A stretch of DNA of 62,208 nucleotides, the filler included, from Basidioascus undulatus (Eukaryota), in the NCBI GenBank assembly GCA_000826855.1. It is 10 parts of 10 records of this genome, joined end to end, with 100 filler letters (N's around TTAATTAATTAA, not from the genome) between each part and the next. Parts side by side here need not be neighbours in the genome. Positions count along the whole stretch, not along the records: positions 37,623 to 41,645 come from JTLS01002258.1; positions 41,746 to 45,762 come from JTLS01002259.1; positions 45,863 to 49,879 come from JTLS01002260.1; positions 49,980 to 53,990 come from JTLS01002261.1; 6 more parts are not named here. One strand, written 5' to 3'. Below, piece by piece: positions 38,462-51,375 of this stretch. Position 1 is the stretch's first letter; every line of letters begins with the position of its first letter. The notes beneath the pieces are model-generated. The model was given only the letters and a program-made list of their open reading frames with translations, was not told the DNA's origin and did no database searches. A program made the position numbers and the translations under genes.

Positions 38462-40022
38462 TTAGATCTGTGTGGACCAAGAGGGGGTGTCAGTACCGCG
38501 AGATGAGGGTGGGGCGAGGAGGGCGGGAAGAAGAGACGCAAAGAGACGCACGAGGAGGATGGCGTTGATGCAGCCATCGTTTTCCTGTGAACGGGGAGCG
38601 GGTGAACAACGTTGGATTGGCCCTCAGAAGACAGAAGGTCGAGTTGACGAACGGGGTTGTTGGTGATCTGTCGCAGCCCCAAAGTCAGCCTAAAGATGGA
38701 GTGAGAGGAGGGGGGACGCGATACGCACCTGCGCATACTTCCCCCAAACGACCTTGCCCCCCGTCGTGACCATGCCCAGCTCGGACACGTTTACCTCGAT
38801 GACGGCGCCCTTGGTGAGGACGCCGAGCTGCGTGTACAGCGGCGACTGCGGGTTCTTCTTCACGCCCAGGATGGGGAGTTGGAAGGTCGTTTTGAGATCG
38901 GCTGGGGGGAGGCGGCGAGGGGTTAGTAAGGTGCGGGGAAAGGGGAGGAGAGGGAAAAAGGAGCCGGGCGAGAGGAGTGGGGAAGGAGAGCGGAGGGCGG
39001 GGGGAGGAAAGGAGGGGTTAAGAAGGAACCGGGAGAGGAGAGGGAGGGAAAAGGAGGTTGGGAAGGTGAGGAGGAACGGGGAGAGGGAAGAGAAGACGGA
39101 GAAAGAAGGAAGACGCACGGTGCGTAACGTTGGCCTTCTTGTACCGCATCGCACTGGGGCGAATGAACCTCTCCAACTTCGGCGGCTTGCGCGTGAACCC
39201 CTCTCCCACAAAAGTAGCCTTCGTCACCATTCTCTTCCACGCCTTGCCCTTCTTCTGCCCAGTCTTGATGACCTTGAACACCTCCTCCTCCGCGATCCCC
39301 CGGACCTTAGGCAGTGGTACGGCATACCTTGCCGCCTTGTCCTTGCGCTTCTGCTTGATCGCGCTCGAGATCGCCTTCGCGTCCCGCTGCTCCGAGCGGT
39401 CGAGCAGATACGCCGGGAGCGCCTGGTCGGGTTGCGACGCGGGCTCCGAGGACTTGACGTTCCGCTCGGCGTGCGCTTTGAGCGTCTTCTTGAGCTGGAC
39501 CTTCTCGGCGTGACGCTTGGCGTGCAGCAGCTTGGCTTTCAGGCCGTGCGTGCGTTGGGCCTTGACGGAGGAGAGGTGGACCTGGCGGGCTTCGCGCTTG
39601 CGCCTGGGGAGGGGAGCGGTTAGGCGTCAGTACAGTCCGGCATGAACTGCCGACACGCTTCCACCCTCAACCAGGCACATCCGTCCAGCACGTGCCCAAC
39701 ACTCCTGGCGCTCCCCAGAAGGAACCGTCGACTCACTTGCGCTCGTCATGATCCAAGCGTTTACCATGCCGCCGCTGGTGCTCTGCGCCGCCCCACGTCC
39801 AGTTCAGCTCCTCGTCACCGAACCACCACGCGTTTCCAAAGTGAGCGCACCTTCGATATACTCGTTCTAACCCGCCCAGAACATCCATCAAGTCCACCGG
39901 TCAGTTTGCGCCCGAGCGAGAGCTGTGGCGCGGGGTAGAACGGACCTGGGGCTGCAGGCGGGAAAGTGTCTGGTCAGCATCGGGGGAGTGCGAAAGGGTT
40001 CTGAGGGGAGGAAGCGCACCAT
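38462..40022 (-). CDS. NSA2: Ribosome biogenesis protein Nsa2
   Basis: [61 protein letters not shown] and [22 protein letters not shown]. Confidence 0.96.
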
Positions 40023-40296
40023 ATTGCACTCCGCTCTGATCTAGGACGATAAAGCGATGCGAGTACGAGCGGCGAGCGGCGAGCGTGAGGGCGAGCGAGA
40101 TGGACGTGAATGCGCAAGCGACTTCGCGCCAAGGGGCAGGCGGCGCAAGATTCTTGTCGGCGATCCCCGTGCAATGAACTCCCTTTCGGCGATTGCGCGT
40201 CTCGCCAGCCGGATGCACTTGGCCTTCCACGCATCGTAACCCACTCACCAGCAATCCTACTTCATATCTCATAACCCCTTTAGCAATCAGCGCAGC

Positions 40297-40573
40297 ATGT
40301 CCTCGCACCTCTTCACCTCCTCCTCCGACCCTTACGCGCCCTCCTCCTCCACCGGCGCGGGCGCGGGCGCAGGCGCGGGGTACTACGGCGCCCAGCCCGA
40401 CCTGCAGTTCTACTCCTCCGCCGCGTCTGCGGCCGACCTCCAGGGGTCCATGGGCGCGGGCGGAGGCGCGGGCGCAGCGGGGGGGGGCGGAGCAGGATTC
40501 ATGAGCGCTGAGGGGCCATGGTGGCATGCTTTTGGGACGGGCGGGTTGGAGGGCGAGGAGCCGCTGCTGCAGG
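40297..40573 (+). CDS. YIP1: Yip1-family protein, first exon only
   Basis: DLQFYSS and WWHAFGTGGLEGEEPLLQ (Yip1 'EPPLLEEL' lead-in). The transmembrane Yip1 domain does not follow. Confidence 0.75.
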
Positions 40574-40661
40574 GTGCGTGCGGGCGTTCTTCCTTCCCCC
40601 AGCGGACTGGATGAGTGGAAGAGGTGGGTGGGTGCTGATGAGTGTGCGGGGACGAGAACAG

Positions 40662-41645
40662 GCACGGCGATGGAAGCCCTTAGCGGGATGATGAGCCTCA
40701 TCAACGCCCAGCCGCGCGGGTTCGCCTCGCCCGAAGCAGCCATAGCCTGGCAGTGCGTCTCGGCCGTCCCCCACCCCTCCTCCCTCCCCTTCCCTCCTCC
40801 CCTGCTCACCCTCGCTCTCCTTCATTCTTCTTCATCTCGCCAGCGTCAGAAACAACGTAATCCGCAACCCCCTCTCCGCGCGCCTCTCCGTGCCCTCCAT
40901 GCTGCGGCGCGCCACACCGGAGGAAGAGGCCGAGAGCGGCTTCGCGTGGATGTGGCGGATCGACCTAAGGAAGAGCCAACCTTACTGGGAGGGTGGGTCT
41001 AAAGGGCTTCGCATAAGGGGTGGCGAATGCCGGTGCTGACTGCGGTACTGGGGGCGGGGGGATAAGGCTGGTTCAAGGGCCTCTCGGGCAAGTTCGTTTC
41101 GGCGCAGACGGCGAGGATGCTCGTGCTCGCTGGGACGGACCGGCTCGATACGGAGCTGATGATAGGTCCGTCGCCGCTGCCTCTTCTCTATCTCACCCGC
41201 AAGGCCCCTGACGAAGTCTTCTTCCGCTTCCAGCGCAAATGCAAGGTCCGCTGCTCCAACCCCTCCTTACACCGCACACCCTCACCTTCCATCCCATCCC
41301 TTCCCTTGAACCATAGGCAAGTTCCAGCAAGTCGTCCTCCCCGAAGTCGGGCACTGCCTACAAGAAGTACGTCCACCCCCTTCCTTCTCCTCTCTCTCCC
41401 TCCCCTCCTCTCTTCCTCCTTTCCTTTTCCCCCCACCACCCGCCTTTCTCTTTTCTAACACCCCACCCCACTCCCACTCGCCCGCCCACCCGCACAGGAC
41501 GCGCCCAGCCAAGTCGCCGAGCACCTACTGCACTTCTGGAAGCGCAACGAGCGACTGTCGTTTGGCGCGACGCACATCAAGAAGGTCGGGGAGCGCGGAG
41601 GCAGGGGAGAGGGAGGTCGCTGGGAGCGTGGCGGAGAGAGAGACG
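40662..41645 (+). CDS. PPE1: Protein phosphatase methylesterase 1, C-terminal half only
   Basis: GTAMEALSGM...RGFASPEAAIAWH, IRNPLSARLSVPS, PYWEGWFKGLS, LVLAGTDRLDTELMI, QMQGKFQ and GHCLQEDAP...FWKRN. Confidence 0.88.
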
Positions 41646-41745
41646 NNNNNNNNNNNNNNNNNNNNNNNNNNNNNNNNNNNNNNNNNNNNTTAATTAATTA
41701 ANNNNNNNNNNNNNNNNNNNNNNNNNNNNNNNNNNNNNNNNNNNN
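41646..41745. other. Artificial contig spacer
   Basis: N44-TTAATTAATTAA-N44. Confidence 0.99.
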
Positions 41746-43175
41746 GCGCCGCGCGGTGGACGTGAGGTGCACGAGACGGTGGAGGAGCGCGGCTGTGGGG
41801 CGCGCGCCGAGGTGCGCGGGCGTGAGGACGAGCAGGAAACGGAAGGGCGCGAGTGGGCGGGGCGGGACGATGGGGCTTTGCGAAGGCAGAGGAGGGAAAG
41901 AGTCGGAAGAATACGTGCCGGGCTCGAGGGTCGGGGACGCAGGTGGAGTAGGGAGGGGGGAAGACGGCCGGGCGCCGGTCGCAGAGTTGGAGTTCAGCTC
42001 GTTCTTGTGCTTACGCGACGGGCGGTTATGGAAGAACCGCTGCCACACCCCGCGGTGCGGCGCGGGCTTGTCCTCCGCGGGCGTCATCGGGCGCTCGACC
42101 TCCTCGCCCTCCGGCTCGTCCGCCCACCTCTCACGCTTCGGCCAGCGCGTCGCGTACGGGGCGAGCCCGCGCAGGGCGTTCTCCGCCGCGCCGACCAGCC
42201 ACCCCGCCAGCTCCGGGTCCATCTTCACACCGTCGCCGTGCGCGCACGGGACCCAGTCGAGCGGCGGCTCGAGCGCGACGACCGCCGCGTCGATGAGCGT
42301 GTCGGGGAGGAGGTGATCGTCCGCCCATGGTCCCACTGCGTCTGGGGCAGCATCTGGGGGCGGGTGGTAGGACCGCAGAGACGCGTGCGCGACGGCACCC
42401 GCGGCGAGGAGCGTCTCGGGGAGCGTGCGCGCGGTGAGGGCTGAGATGGACCAGCCAGGGGAGGTCGGGTCGATGGATGAGCGCGGAGGGGAGAGCTGCC
42501 AGGCTACGGAGAGTGTGCGCGCGCGGGAGGGGATGGAGGCGTGCGAGGCGTAGAGGGCGAGCGAGGTGCTAGGAGACGGGTGCAGGAGAGGGAGCTGCGC
42601 GCGAGCAGTATTCAGCATCCACTGCGTTCCCAGGATATATTAACAAGTGGTAATCGGGCGCACTCCAGAAAGCGCCAAACGTGGGCCGAGAGCGTGCAGC
42701 GCTGCAGATACGCGTTCGCCGGACGCTGTTCGGCAGCCGAGTCAGTTTCAGCGCTCGCAGCATGAAAAAAAATGAACAACTCACGGGTTCCGGCTCCAAA
42801 CACATACACCATTTTCGCCTTCAGCGGCTTCTCCCGCCTTTCCTTCTCCTCCTTCTCCTTCAGCTTCAACAGCTGCAGCTCGTCCACCTCGTCCTCGACG
42901 CCCTTGCCCTTCGCGCCCGGCTTCCATTTGCTCCACAGCGGCGCCGTCGCGCTCCGCTTCGGGTCCCGCTTCTTCGGGCGCTCTTCCGCCTGCGCAGGCA
43001 CCACAGCGACGCTTTGGCTCCGCGTAGGCGGGCGCCTTCGCGGGGCGGACGGAGGCGGCGGAGGCGGAGGCGGTGGATGATGGATGGAGGCGGGGTAGTT
43101 CTTGCGTGAGGGGTTGTGGATCGAGAAGATTGTGTCCCGCGGGGGGTTTGGCGGGATGAAAAGCGGTCGGACCAT
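41746..43175 (-). CDS. Hypothetical Pro-rich protein (3' truncated)
   Basis: ATG at 43175. Three exons join in frame through two GT-AG introns with strong GC3 bias. No family recognised. Confidence 0.55.
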
Positions 43176-44967
43176 GGTCAGTGTGCTCAGTACGAGCAGA
43201 TCGAGTGGGTCGAAGGGGAACCCGCGAGTGGGTGGGGGTTCGAAAGAGAGTGGATCGAAGATTGGGGCAGGCGCTGGCGCAAGAATGGGGTGATGTGGAG
43301 AGTTTGCGCAACGGTGAGGAGCAAGAAACGGAGAGCGAAGGAGGACGCGTAGACGCCACGTGGTGAGCGAAGACGGCGGCGGACGCGGAGCGGACAACGA
43401 TGTAACACGGCCTTCCACCACGGCCATCAGCTCTCCACCGATGCCCGCCCGAAACCCTGAGCATGATTAACGATCTTCTGTCGGAGACCGAGTGCAAAAT
43501 TTCGCGCTGCTGGACTACTCGTCAGCCTGCATCAAATCAGTCAGCCGAAAAAAGCAATATGGAGCTGGGCGTGCGGCGGGCGGAGCACAGCGCGCTGACG
43601 AAGCCGGCGACCGAGGCCGGCCGTGAAAGAAAAAATGCGCATCGGTGCTCGCGGCGATGGACGACGTCTTGTGACTGTCGGTCAAAAGGAGACCTGCTGA
43701 TCCACACTGAAAACAAAAGCACAGGAGTTGCACGTCGTATGTTTCAAGATGAAAGCGGTTGACAACGACATGTTAGAAAGCGGTTTGCTGAAGTTGGCCG
43801 CTTCCCACGCGCCGCTTGAAGGACGGGGACAGACAACGGTGGGCTGGGTACTACACGCATTGCGCATTTTGGTACACAAATTATGCTTGTGCGAGAAATC
43901 GAGATGTACAGTGAAGTGGACATGTTGACGGACAGACGTCCGAGTCGTCGGCCGTCGGCGCTGTACGGCTGCCTGCGACGCGAGTGCAGACTTCCTGCAG
44001 ACGTCTGGAGGGAAGCGCTAAAATTTCGAGCACCGCAGTATTTCTTTTAGTGTCAGATCGGGACTGAGGTTATCGCAACGCAACAAAAGGCAGTCGGGGT
44101 ACACCCGCAGGTGCAGCCGATGGCGAGAGGAGGACAACTATTCCCGAGGTGTGTAAATCCGCCTTCTACATTCGTACAGCACCAGAAAGGTGCCGGGCTT
44201 TCCGGTCTACTTGAGCCCTATGGTTGATGGAGAGAGTCAGCTTGTCTGTGGGGCCATCTGGCTAATCACCGTCTGCAACAGTGATTGGCCTCCTTGGGCA
44301 TTGTTCAAGAGAAGAATCTCCAAGAACTTGACCAGTATCGTTGCGTCTTCCAGTGGTGGCTTTCTAGCCGTACACTCTGTCATGACAATGTGTCCGGCTG
44401 TGCAGGACGGTTGCGCTCTTGTCCTTTTTGCTGTCATTGGTTCGATGTCTCAGGATAGGTCGGCCGGGTTGCATTGCTTCGTCATAGGGAACATCTACGC
44501 TTTCAACATTCAAGGGAAGCCTGGGTTCTCATCTCATGCTTCCAAGGTGGTCGCGGAAAGGTGCAACTTGCCTCGCGATGGTCCCATGGCCTTCACCTCA
44601 TACTTCGTCTCGCCCGTACCTACCACACTGTGCAATATTGCTTGACCCTCCTCAATTAATTCCGCCTGAACTTGCTCATACTCGCCACCTATCGAGCTCG
44701 TGCATGTACCGCAGACTCAAGCAAACGTTGACAAGCACCTGCTATTTGTGATTTGTGAATGACATGCAAGCGTGATACATACAAGCCTGATACAATGAGA
44801 GCCGTCATAACATGAGGAGCAACATGAGAAGTCGGCTCATGTGAGCCGTGTATGTGGAGCAGAGGAACCGAAAATCGAAGAAATGCAGAACCGAAAACCC
44901 AAAGCGGTGCAGACATTTTGCAAGAAGCAAGCTGAGCAGATATCAACCCTCATCCTCACCCAGCCAT

Positions 44968-45762
44968 TCACGCCTTCTCATACGCCCTGAGCGCGCCATT
45001 CTCCCATAAGAACGCGACAGTCTTGCCCCTCGCCCTGACCTTCCCGACGATCTCGCCCAAGAGCGTGCGGACCCTTCCCAGGCCCTCGTGCGGCACGGCC
45101 GTCGCCGCGAGGTCGAAGCGCTGCACGTCCTCGATCGTGTCGTGTTCCTGCGTCGCGAGCAGGAGCGTCGGGACCTGCGAGAGGAACAGGTGCGCCGCGC
45201 TCTCCGGCGCGAGGCCCGACGACGGCGCGGAGGACGTCGTCTTCCGCACGCGGAGCGAGACGAGCGAGGTGAGGTTCGCGTCGGCGGACGTCTGGCGCGC
45301 TTCGGGCTGGACGGCGACGACGAGGCGGAGACCGGCGAGGTCCTGTGATGAACATCGATTTGCTTGGTGTCAGCAGCGGGTTGCGGGGCGAGTAGAGATG
45401 GGCGCAAGGTAACTCACATACTGCACCATAGCCTCCGTGGACTTCAGACCGCCCTCCACGAGCTGCTCCCGGACCGACTTCGTGGGCGGAGCGCCCCTCC
45501 AGTTAGTCGCCGACTCGTCCTGCACCCCCGGCGGGGACCACGCCTCAAGCTCGACGGCGCCGGCGCCGCCCGGTAGGGGCGTTGCGTCGATGCGGAAGGG
45601 CGACTGGCGCGGGCGCGCGAGGCGGTCGTGCAACGTGCAGAGCAGCGAGTGCGAGACGAGGATGTCAAACGGCGCGAGCGCGGCGCCGGCCGCGAGGTGA
45701 TGGGGAAGACGCGTGCAGGACGCGTTGCAGGTGTTTGTGGGGACAGGGTCGGACGGGTCCGC
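44968..45762 (-). CDS. C-terminal part of a possible Rai1/DXO-like fold protein
   Basis: DILVSHSLL, PFRIDA, DLAGLRLVV and HLFLSQVPTLLLA resemble the fungal Rai1/DXO-related family. One GT-AG intron, and the 5' end is lost at the gap. Confidence 0.4.
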
Positions 45763-45862
45763 NNNNNNNNNNNNNNNNNNNNNNNNNNNNNNNNNNNNNN
45801 NNNNNNTTAATTAATTAANNNNNNNNNNNNNNNNNNNNNNNNNNNNNNNNNNNNNNNNNNNN
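45763..45862. other. Artificial contig spacer
   Basis: N44-TTAATTAATTAA-N44. Confidence 0.99.
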
Positions 45863-48635
45863 CCAAGCAGAAGAGAAGTTCGGGTACGCGCTACCCTCAT
45901 CTAGCTACCCTGACCCCGCAGCTCACCCTCCCGTCCGGGCTGCCCGCAGGCCAAGTCGTCCTCTGCGGCGCGCTTCTCCCCGCGGGCTACCTCCTCCTGG
46001 GCACGAGCACGTCCCTCCTCTGCGTGCCCGTCCCGCCGCCGCACTCGCACGCCCAGCCCAAGACGCTCGTCCGCAAGCTCCGCATGGAACACATCCAGCT
46101 CATGCCTGAGCGCCGACTGCTGGTCGCCATCTGCGGGCGGACGCAGGGCGTGCGCGTCTGGGGGCTGCGCGAGATCACCAAGGCGTGCGGCCGGCTCTGG
46201 GCGGGGAACTGGCGCATCCAGGTCCCTCCTCCGCACGCTGCAGCGGAGAACCCGAAGTCTCCGCCGCCGCAGTACGAGCCGCGCAAAGCCTCGTCGTCGT
46301 CCTCGCCTTACACTTCCCCCGCGCCTCCGAGCACCCCGCCCGTATCGCTCTCCCCCGCGGGTCCCTCGTCCGCCGGCCCTCGCCCATCCACCGCCCCCTC
46401 CTCTAGCACGCAGCGCCCGCCGCTCACGCACAACTCGAGTTCGGACTTCGGCCTCCGCTCTCGCCCCTCCACGTCCGCCGTGCCCCTGCACCAGCGCCGC
46501 AAGGCCAAAGCGCCCGCGACGCTCGGCCTACCGCCCCGCAATGCCGGGGGGTCAGGCCACTCGCGCTCACGCAGCGCGGAGGTCACGCCTACGCATGCGA
46601 CTGCCTCAGGCCGGAGCCAGCCCCCGCCGCCCGGCCCTCCCTCGACGCAAACGCAGACGCAGCAGAACATCCTCGTTGCGCTGCTTGGCGGCGGGGACAT
46701 CAACGAGAGCGAGGAGGCGACCAAGCTTGCGTGCGTGAAACTCGCTGGGTCGAAGGGAGCGCGGTTCATCCGCGTCGTGGAGGCCTCTCGGAGATCGTGC
46801 GTTCGCTCTCTTCTCTCTCTCCTCATCAATTTACCTCTCCAATCCTAGCTGACTCCGGTAACTATTTGAATCCATTAGCTACCTCGCCATCCTCTCCGTG
46901 ACCTTCCAGATCGACGACCCGCGCCCGGCGACGGCGACGACGCTCTCCCTCTACGTGGGGACGCCCTCGCTCGCGCTCCAGCTTATGCGCACCTTCCTCC
47001 TCCCTGAAGAGCCCGTCGACGTCCAGCTCTCCGTTGCAGGCGACGAGCTCGCCGAGCTCGTGCTCGTCTACGAGTCGAACGTGTTTGCGCTGGAACGTGG
47101 GTCTCCCTTCCGTTCCCTTTGTCCCCCGTTTCTCCTACACAAAAAGCTCACACTCATTATCTGTTCTTGCCTCGCCTCGAAACAGCCGGCACCGTCCGCG
47201 TCCGCGAAATCAAGATCGGCAGCCGGTCGAGCCGCCGGCGGCACCGCGAGCAGCGCACAGCGGCGCGGCAGGCGACGCAGGAAGAGCTGGATGCGCGGGC
47301 GGCAGCGACGGAGCTGGCGGCTACGACGCCCACGACACCTACGTTCCTCGACATCCCCGCTTCGCCCCGCGTCGCTGCCCGCCCACCCTCTCCTCCCGAG
47401 CCCACGCAGCAGCAGCAGCTCGCGGTCCCCTCGACCACTTCCACCTCGCGCTGGCCCGCCATCTTCGGTGGCTCCCGCCCCTCGACCTCCTCTTCTGCTA
47501 CTTCCACTTCCGCGTCTTCTTCAACCTCCGCCTCTCCCCCCGCCGCGACGCCGCCCGCCCCGCCCGTGCGCCCGCCGAGGTACACCACGTTCCAGCAGCT
47601 CAAAGTCACCCCACCCCTGCCGCCTGCCGCGCTCGACAAGGGCCTCACCATCCCCCCGACATACGAGGACGTTACGGCCAGCAAGCGCTCGGCTGCGGGA
47701 GGGAAGCAGCAGCGGAAAGAGACGGCTGAGGAGCGGCTGTTGGCGGTCAAGTGCTGGTTCTATAAGGACCCGAGGGGGATCGAGCATGGTGCGTTTGCGT
47801 TTGCCTTTTCTTCCCCTTCCATCCTCCTGCGATGACTGAATGGAGCACGGCAGGCCCGTGGTCCACCAAGATCATGCAAGCGTGGTACCTATCTCACCGT
47901 TTCACGACCGACCTGCCCGTGCGGCACGTCTCGACGCCGACCTTCACGCCGCTGGAAGACCTGATCTCCCCGCTCTCGGACCTTCACACGCCGTTTCTGA
48001 CCCTCGCGCGCACGCTGTCCCCTCCGCCGCCCACGCCAGTTACGCCCCTCGGCCCGCCCACGCCGCTCCTCCCCCCTATCTCGCTCCTCTGCGACCCGGG
48101 CCTGCCCACGATCGGCCCGCCCGCACTCTTCTTCGCCATCCGCCGATCGGGCACGACCCAGCTCGTCGACGCTGACGGGCGGAGCGTCCTCCGCTCGCAC
48201 GCAGCGGGGGGGATTGCCTGGGCGCGCCGCGGCCCGGTGGAAGGCGTGGAGATCGTCCGTACTGGAAAGGGGCGGGCCGCGCTCGTTGCGCTTAGGAGGG
48301 ACGGGTTCGAGGTCCTTGATCTGGCGGACGCGCTGCTAGGGGGAGGGGGCGCGAGGGACGGGAGTGGGATACCCGGGTATGAGGCCCAGTGCGGACGGGA
48401 GGGGAGGCGCGTCCCGTACATCAGGGAGCTCAGGGAGGCGTTGGATAGGCCTAAGGGACGGTTCGAGGAGGAGGTAAGGAGGAAGGCGCTGGAGGAGCGG
48501 ATGGCAGAGGAGGAGGATGGGGGCGAGAGTGAGGAACTCGTACTCCTTGGACAGGATCCCAGGACGGACGCGCTCTGGCTCGGTGAACGCTTTAGGGGTG
48601 GGGCGTTTAGGGTGCAGGTGCTGGGGAGGGCGTAG
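45863..48635 (+). CDS. CNH (citron homology)-like beta-propeller protein with low-complexity inserts (5' truncated)
   Basis: YLLLGTSTSLL, RRLLVAICGRTQGVRVWGLREI, VKLAGSKGA, YLAIL and RTFLLPEEP beta-strand blocks match the CNH pattern. Exons splice in frame to TAG at 48635. Confidence 0.5.
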
Positions 48636-49299
48636 GGATGGAGGGTTGGGTGGACACTTTCGTGGATCCTTCTCTGTCTTCATATTTTCTCTTCGCGCTT
48701 CTTTTTCTTCAGTGATCGGTTCTACCTTGCACGCTCGTTTCTTACTGCATACGATACCTTCTCTTTCGACTTATCCTCCCTCGCTCGCGCTCTTCATCAT
48801 CGCTCGTTACCATCTAGATACCCGGGGCCCGCGCCCACAGTCATACAAGTTTCGAATCCTTCCATCTTACCTCCGTTCTTTTAATTGCGAGAGCTCGTAT
48901 ATCTGCATGCTGTTGGGCCGTCTCTGCTGGGAATGTGTCGCACTGCGCATGCGTTGCAGCGTTTCCATGTAACAGGTTTCGCATGTGTGACGAGTCGAGC
49001 TGGGTCTCAAGCAGGGTCTCAAGTCGCTTCAGCAAAGAAAGATCTGTTTGAGCAGGTTCTATTCTTGCCCATTCAAAGAATTGCGTGCCAACAAAGTGGC
49101 AGCAGAGCCCGATTCCCGGCGAGGCACTGAAAAATGATCAGTCATGGGCGCGATCGGCGGAGCGCGTTTGAAACTTCGCTGCCGACTGCCGACTGCCCAC
49201 TGCCGCTGCAGTGCATTTGTCCCTCGCGTCCATTCACGCAACTTTATTTCACACGACCATCAACACCTCCTGTTCCTATATACACCGTCCCGGCACCTC

Positions 49300-49879
49300 A
49301 TGGCGCTGTTCCCGAACCGTTCTAGGTGTCGATGTCGATCCGGCACAGGGGCGACCTCGTCAAGCTCCTCCGCGCCCAGGGCGCACTCAATCCAGCCCGA
49401 CGTCTCCAAGGCAGCGTACATCGTCCTTCCCCGCCCGGGCCAGGGGCAGCCGGGTACGGTCGAGGAGGTGCCTGTGGGCGCGAGGGGGGAGGTCGTCAGC
49501 CCGCTGTGGGTCAGGGAGTGCGTGGAGGAGGGAGAGTTAGGTGAGTCCGAGAGCTGGCGGGGGGAGAGAGGGGGATGGCAAGGAAGACTGATGGGTGTGG
49601 GTGTTGACAGGCCGACAAATGGCGAGCAATGGCCGTCGAAGTGGTTCAAGCTGCCTGCTCCCACTAGCGCACCTACACCACAAACGCGTCTTCCAACTCC
49701 AGACGCGACGCCCTCGCCCGATCAGCAGCAGCCTCAGCCTCAGCCTCCTCCACAGCGTCCACGACCTCGCACCGCCGCACCCCCTCCGTCTCACCTCCGC
49801 TCCCTCCTCCACCAGCTTCAGGCCCTCCGACCAACGCGCTCCCCCCACCCCCCCCCCATTACCCCTCATCCCCTCCCCC
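49300..49879 (+). CDS. N-terminal BRCT-domain protein (Rap1-like architecture possible); frame-disrupted and 3' truncated
   Basis: RHRGDLVKLLRAQGA...AAYIVL...VVSPLWVRECVEEGEL is a BRCT signature (WxxxC), but it is split between two frames. Confidence 0.45.
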
Positions 49880-49979
49880 NNNNNNNNNNNNNNNNNNNNN
49901 NNNNNNNNNNNNNNNNNNNNNNNTTAATTAATTAANNNNNNNNNNNNNNNNNNNNNNNNNNNNNNNNNNNNNNNNNNNN
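49880..49979. other. Artificial contig spacer
   Basis: N44-TTAATTAATTAA-N44. Confidence 0.99.
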
Positions 49980-50039
49980 GGAATGGAGAGAAGAGGGGAG
50001 AGGGAGGGGGAGGAGGAAGGGAGGAAAGGAGGACAAACC

Positions 50040-51375
50040 GGCAGTGGTGTTTCCGGACCATGAAGGAGAACTTTGCATCGCACTCCTGGCAGGCCGAGGC
50101 CGCTGCGTCCTACCCCCCGCACGCTCACCAATTAGTACCTCGCCTTAACCCCATCCCACCCCTATAAACCTCAAATCCAGAGGCAGGAAGACGCACATCG
50201 ACCCAGCACGGCCCATCAAAGTCGCTCTGGAAGCTGGACGTATTACTGGGTGCGTACCCAGCGTGGCTGGACGCTCCGCCGCCGCCGCCGCCCCCGGCGC
50301 CTACAGACGAGCCCGATGCGCTAGCGAGGCTTCCGCGCCTCGCCATCCCCGCGCTCGCACCAGCCAGGCGGAACTCGCTCGGCAGTCCCGGCCGGGAACC
50401 GAGCGTCCCCCCGCCCCCGCCGCGCGGGGCAGAGAGGTACTCGACTTGCTCTTCTGCGTCCGCTGAGGAGGCGGTGTAGGAAGAGGAGGGAGGGGGAGGG
50501 AGAGGCGAGTGCGCGGGCATAGGGATCGGGTGCGAGATCCGCTGCTTGAGGGAGTCGGCGTCGCGTGGGGGCATAGGGGAGGGGGTGGAGGCGGATGGGG
50601 AGGTGGAGGACAGCCCGAGGGCGGCCATGAACGAGTTGTCGAATGTGAATGCTGAGTATCCTCCACCTCCGCTGCCGCCACCTCCGCCTGCAAAGGGAGC
50701 AGGGGGAGAAACTGGGCGCTGGGGGGGCGGGAGCGATCCGGTGCGGGTGTGGTATTTCGGGGTTTGTGGCGGAGGAGGGTGGGACGCGCGCGGGCGCGTG
50801 GATGGGGCTGTGAAGGAGGAGGATGAGTCGGAAGCGAGCGCCAGCGCGCGCTCGGCGATCGCCGACTTGAGGGACGTAGCGAGCGCGCGGGCGGCCGAGG
50901 GCGTGGGCGGGCGGAGGTGCAGCGTGTCTTTGGGGGTGGAGAGGCGGATGGCGTCGCCGACGAGCTGCACGGAAAGCACGGAGAGGGAGATGATCCGCTG
51001 TGCGTAGAGCGACTTGAAGTGGAAGGACCGCCGCGAGTCGTCCAGCCGCCGGCCGAGGATGAGGACGTCTGTGAAGAGCGCTACCTGCAGAGCAGGGTAA
51101 CGGTCTAAGCATGTGGTGGCAGCCACAAGGAAGGAGAGGGGGAAAGAAGAGGAGCAGACGCACCTTGCGGTTCGTCACTTTTCCATTGCGGTCCTCCACG
51201 TCCAAGTTATGGTCCTCCAGCAGTCGGCGGCCTTTGATCACAAGTGTCTTGCTCATCCTTCCAAATTCAGTCCGAACTTTAGTATTCCGAAGAAAATAAG
51301 AGAGGGACGCACCTTCCCGCCCAAGAACTTCCCCTCAAGCCTCAGCACCTCATGCATCTCTCTCCACCCAATGCC
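50040..51375 (-). CDS. PH + FYVE domain protein fragment (FGD/frabin- or phafin-like)
   Basis: PH-like LVIKGRRLL...RKVALFTDVLILGR. After splicing, FYVE signature WVDD...CQECDAKFSFMVRKHHCR. Confidence 0.75.

Noticed and set aside
38900..39120. Long purine/pyrimidine-skewed tract and the ~240-nt intron at 59380-59620 as snoRNA hosts
   Set aside because: No C/D or H/ACA boxes were identified. The composition matches ordinary pyrimidine-rich introns.
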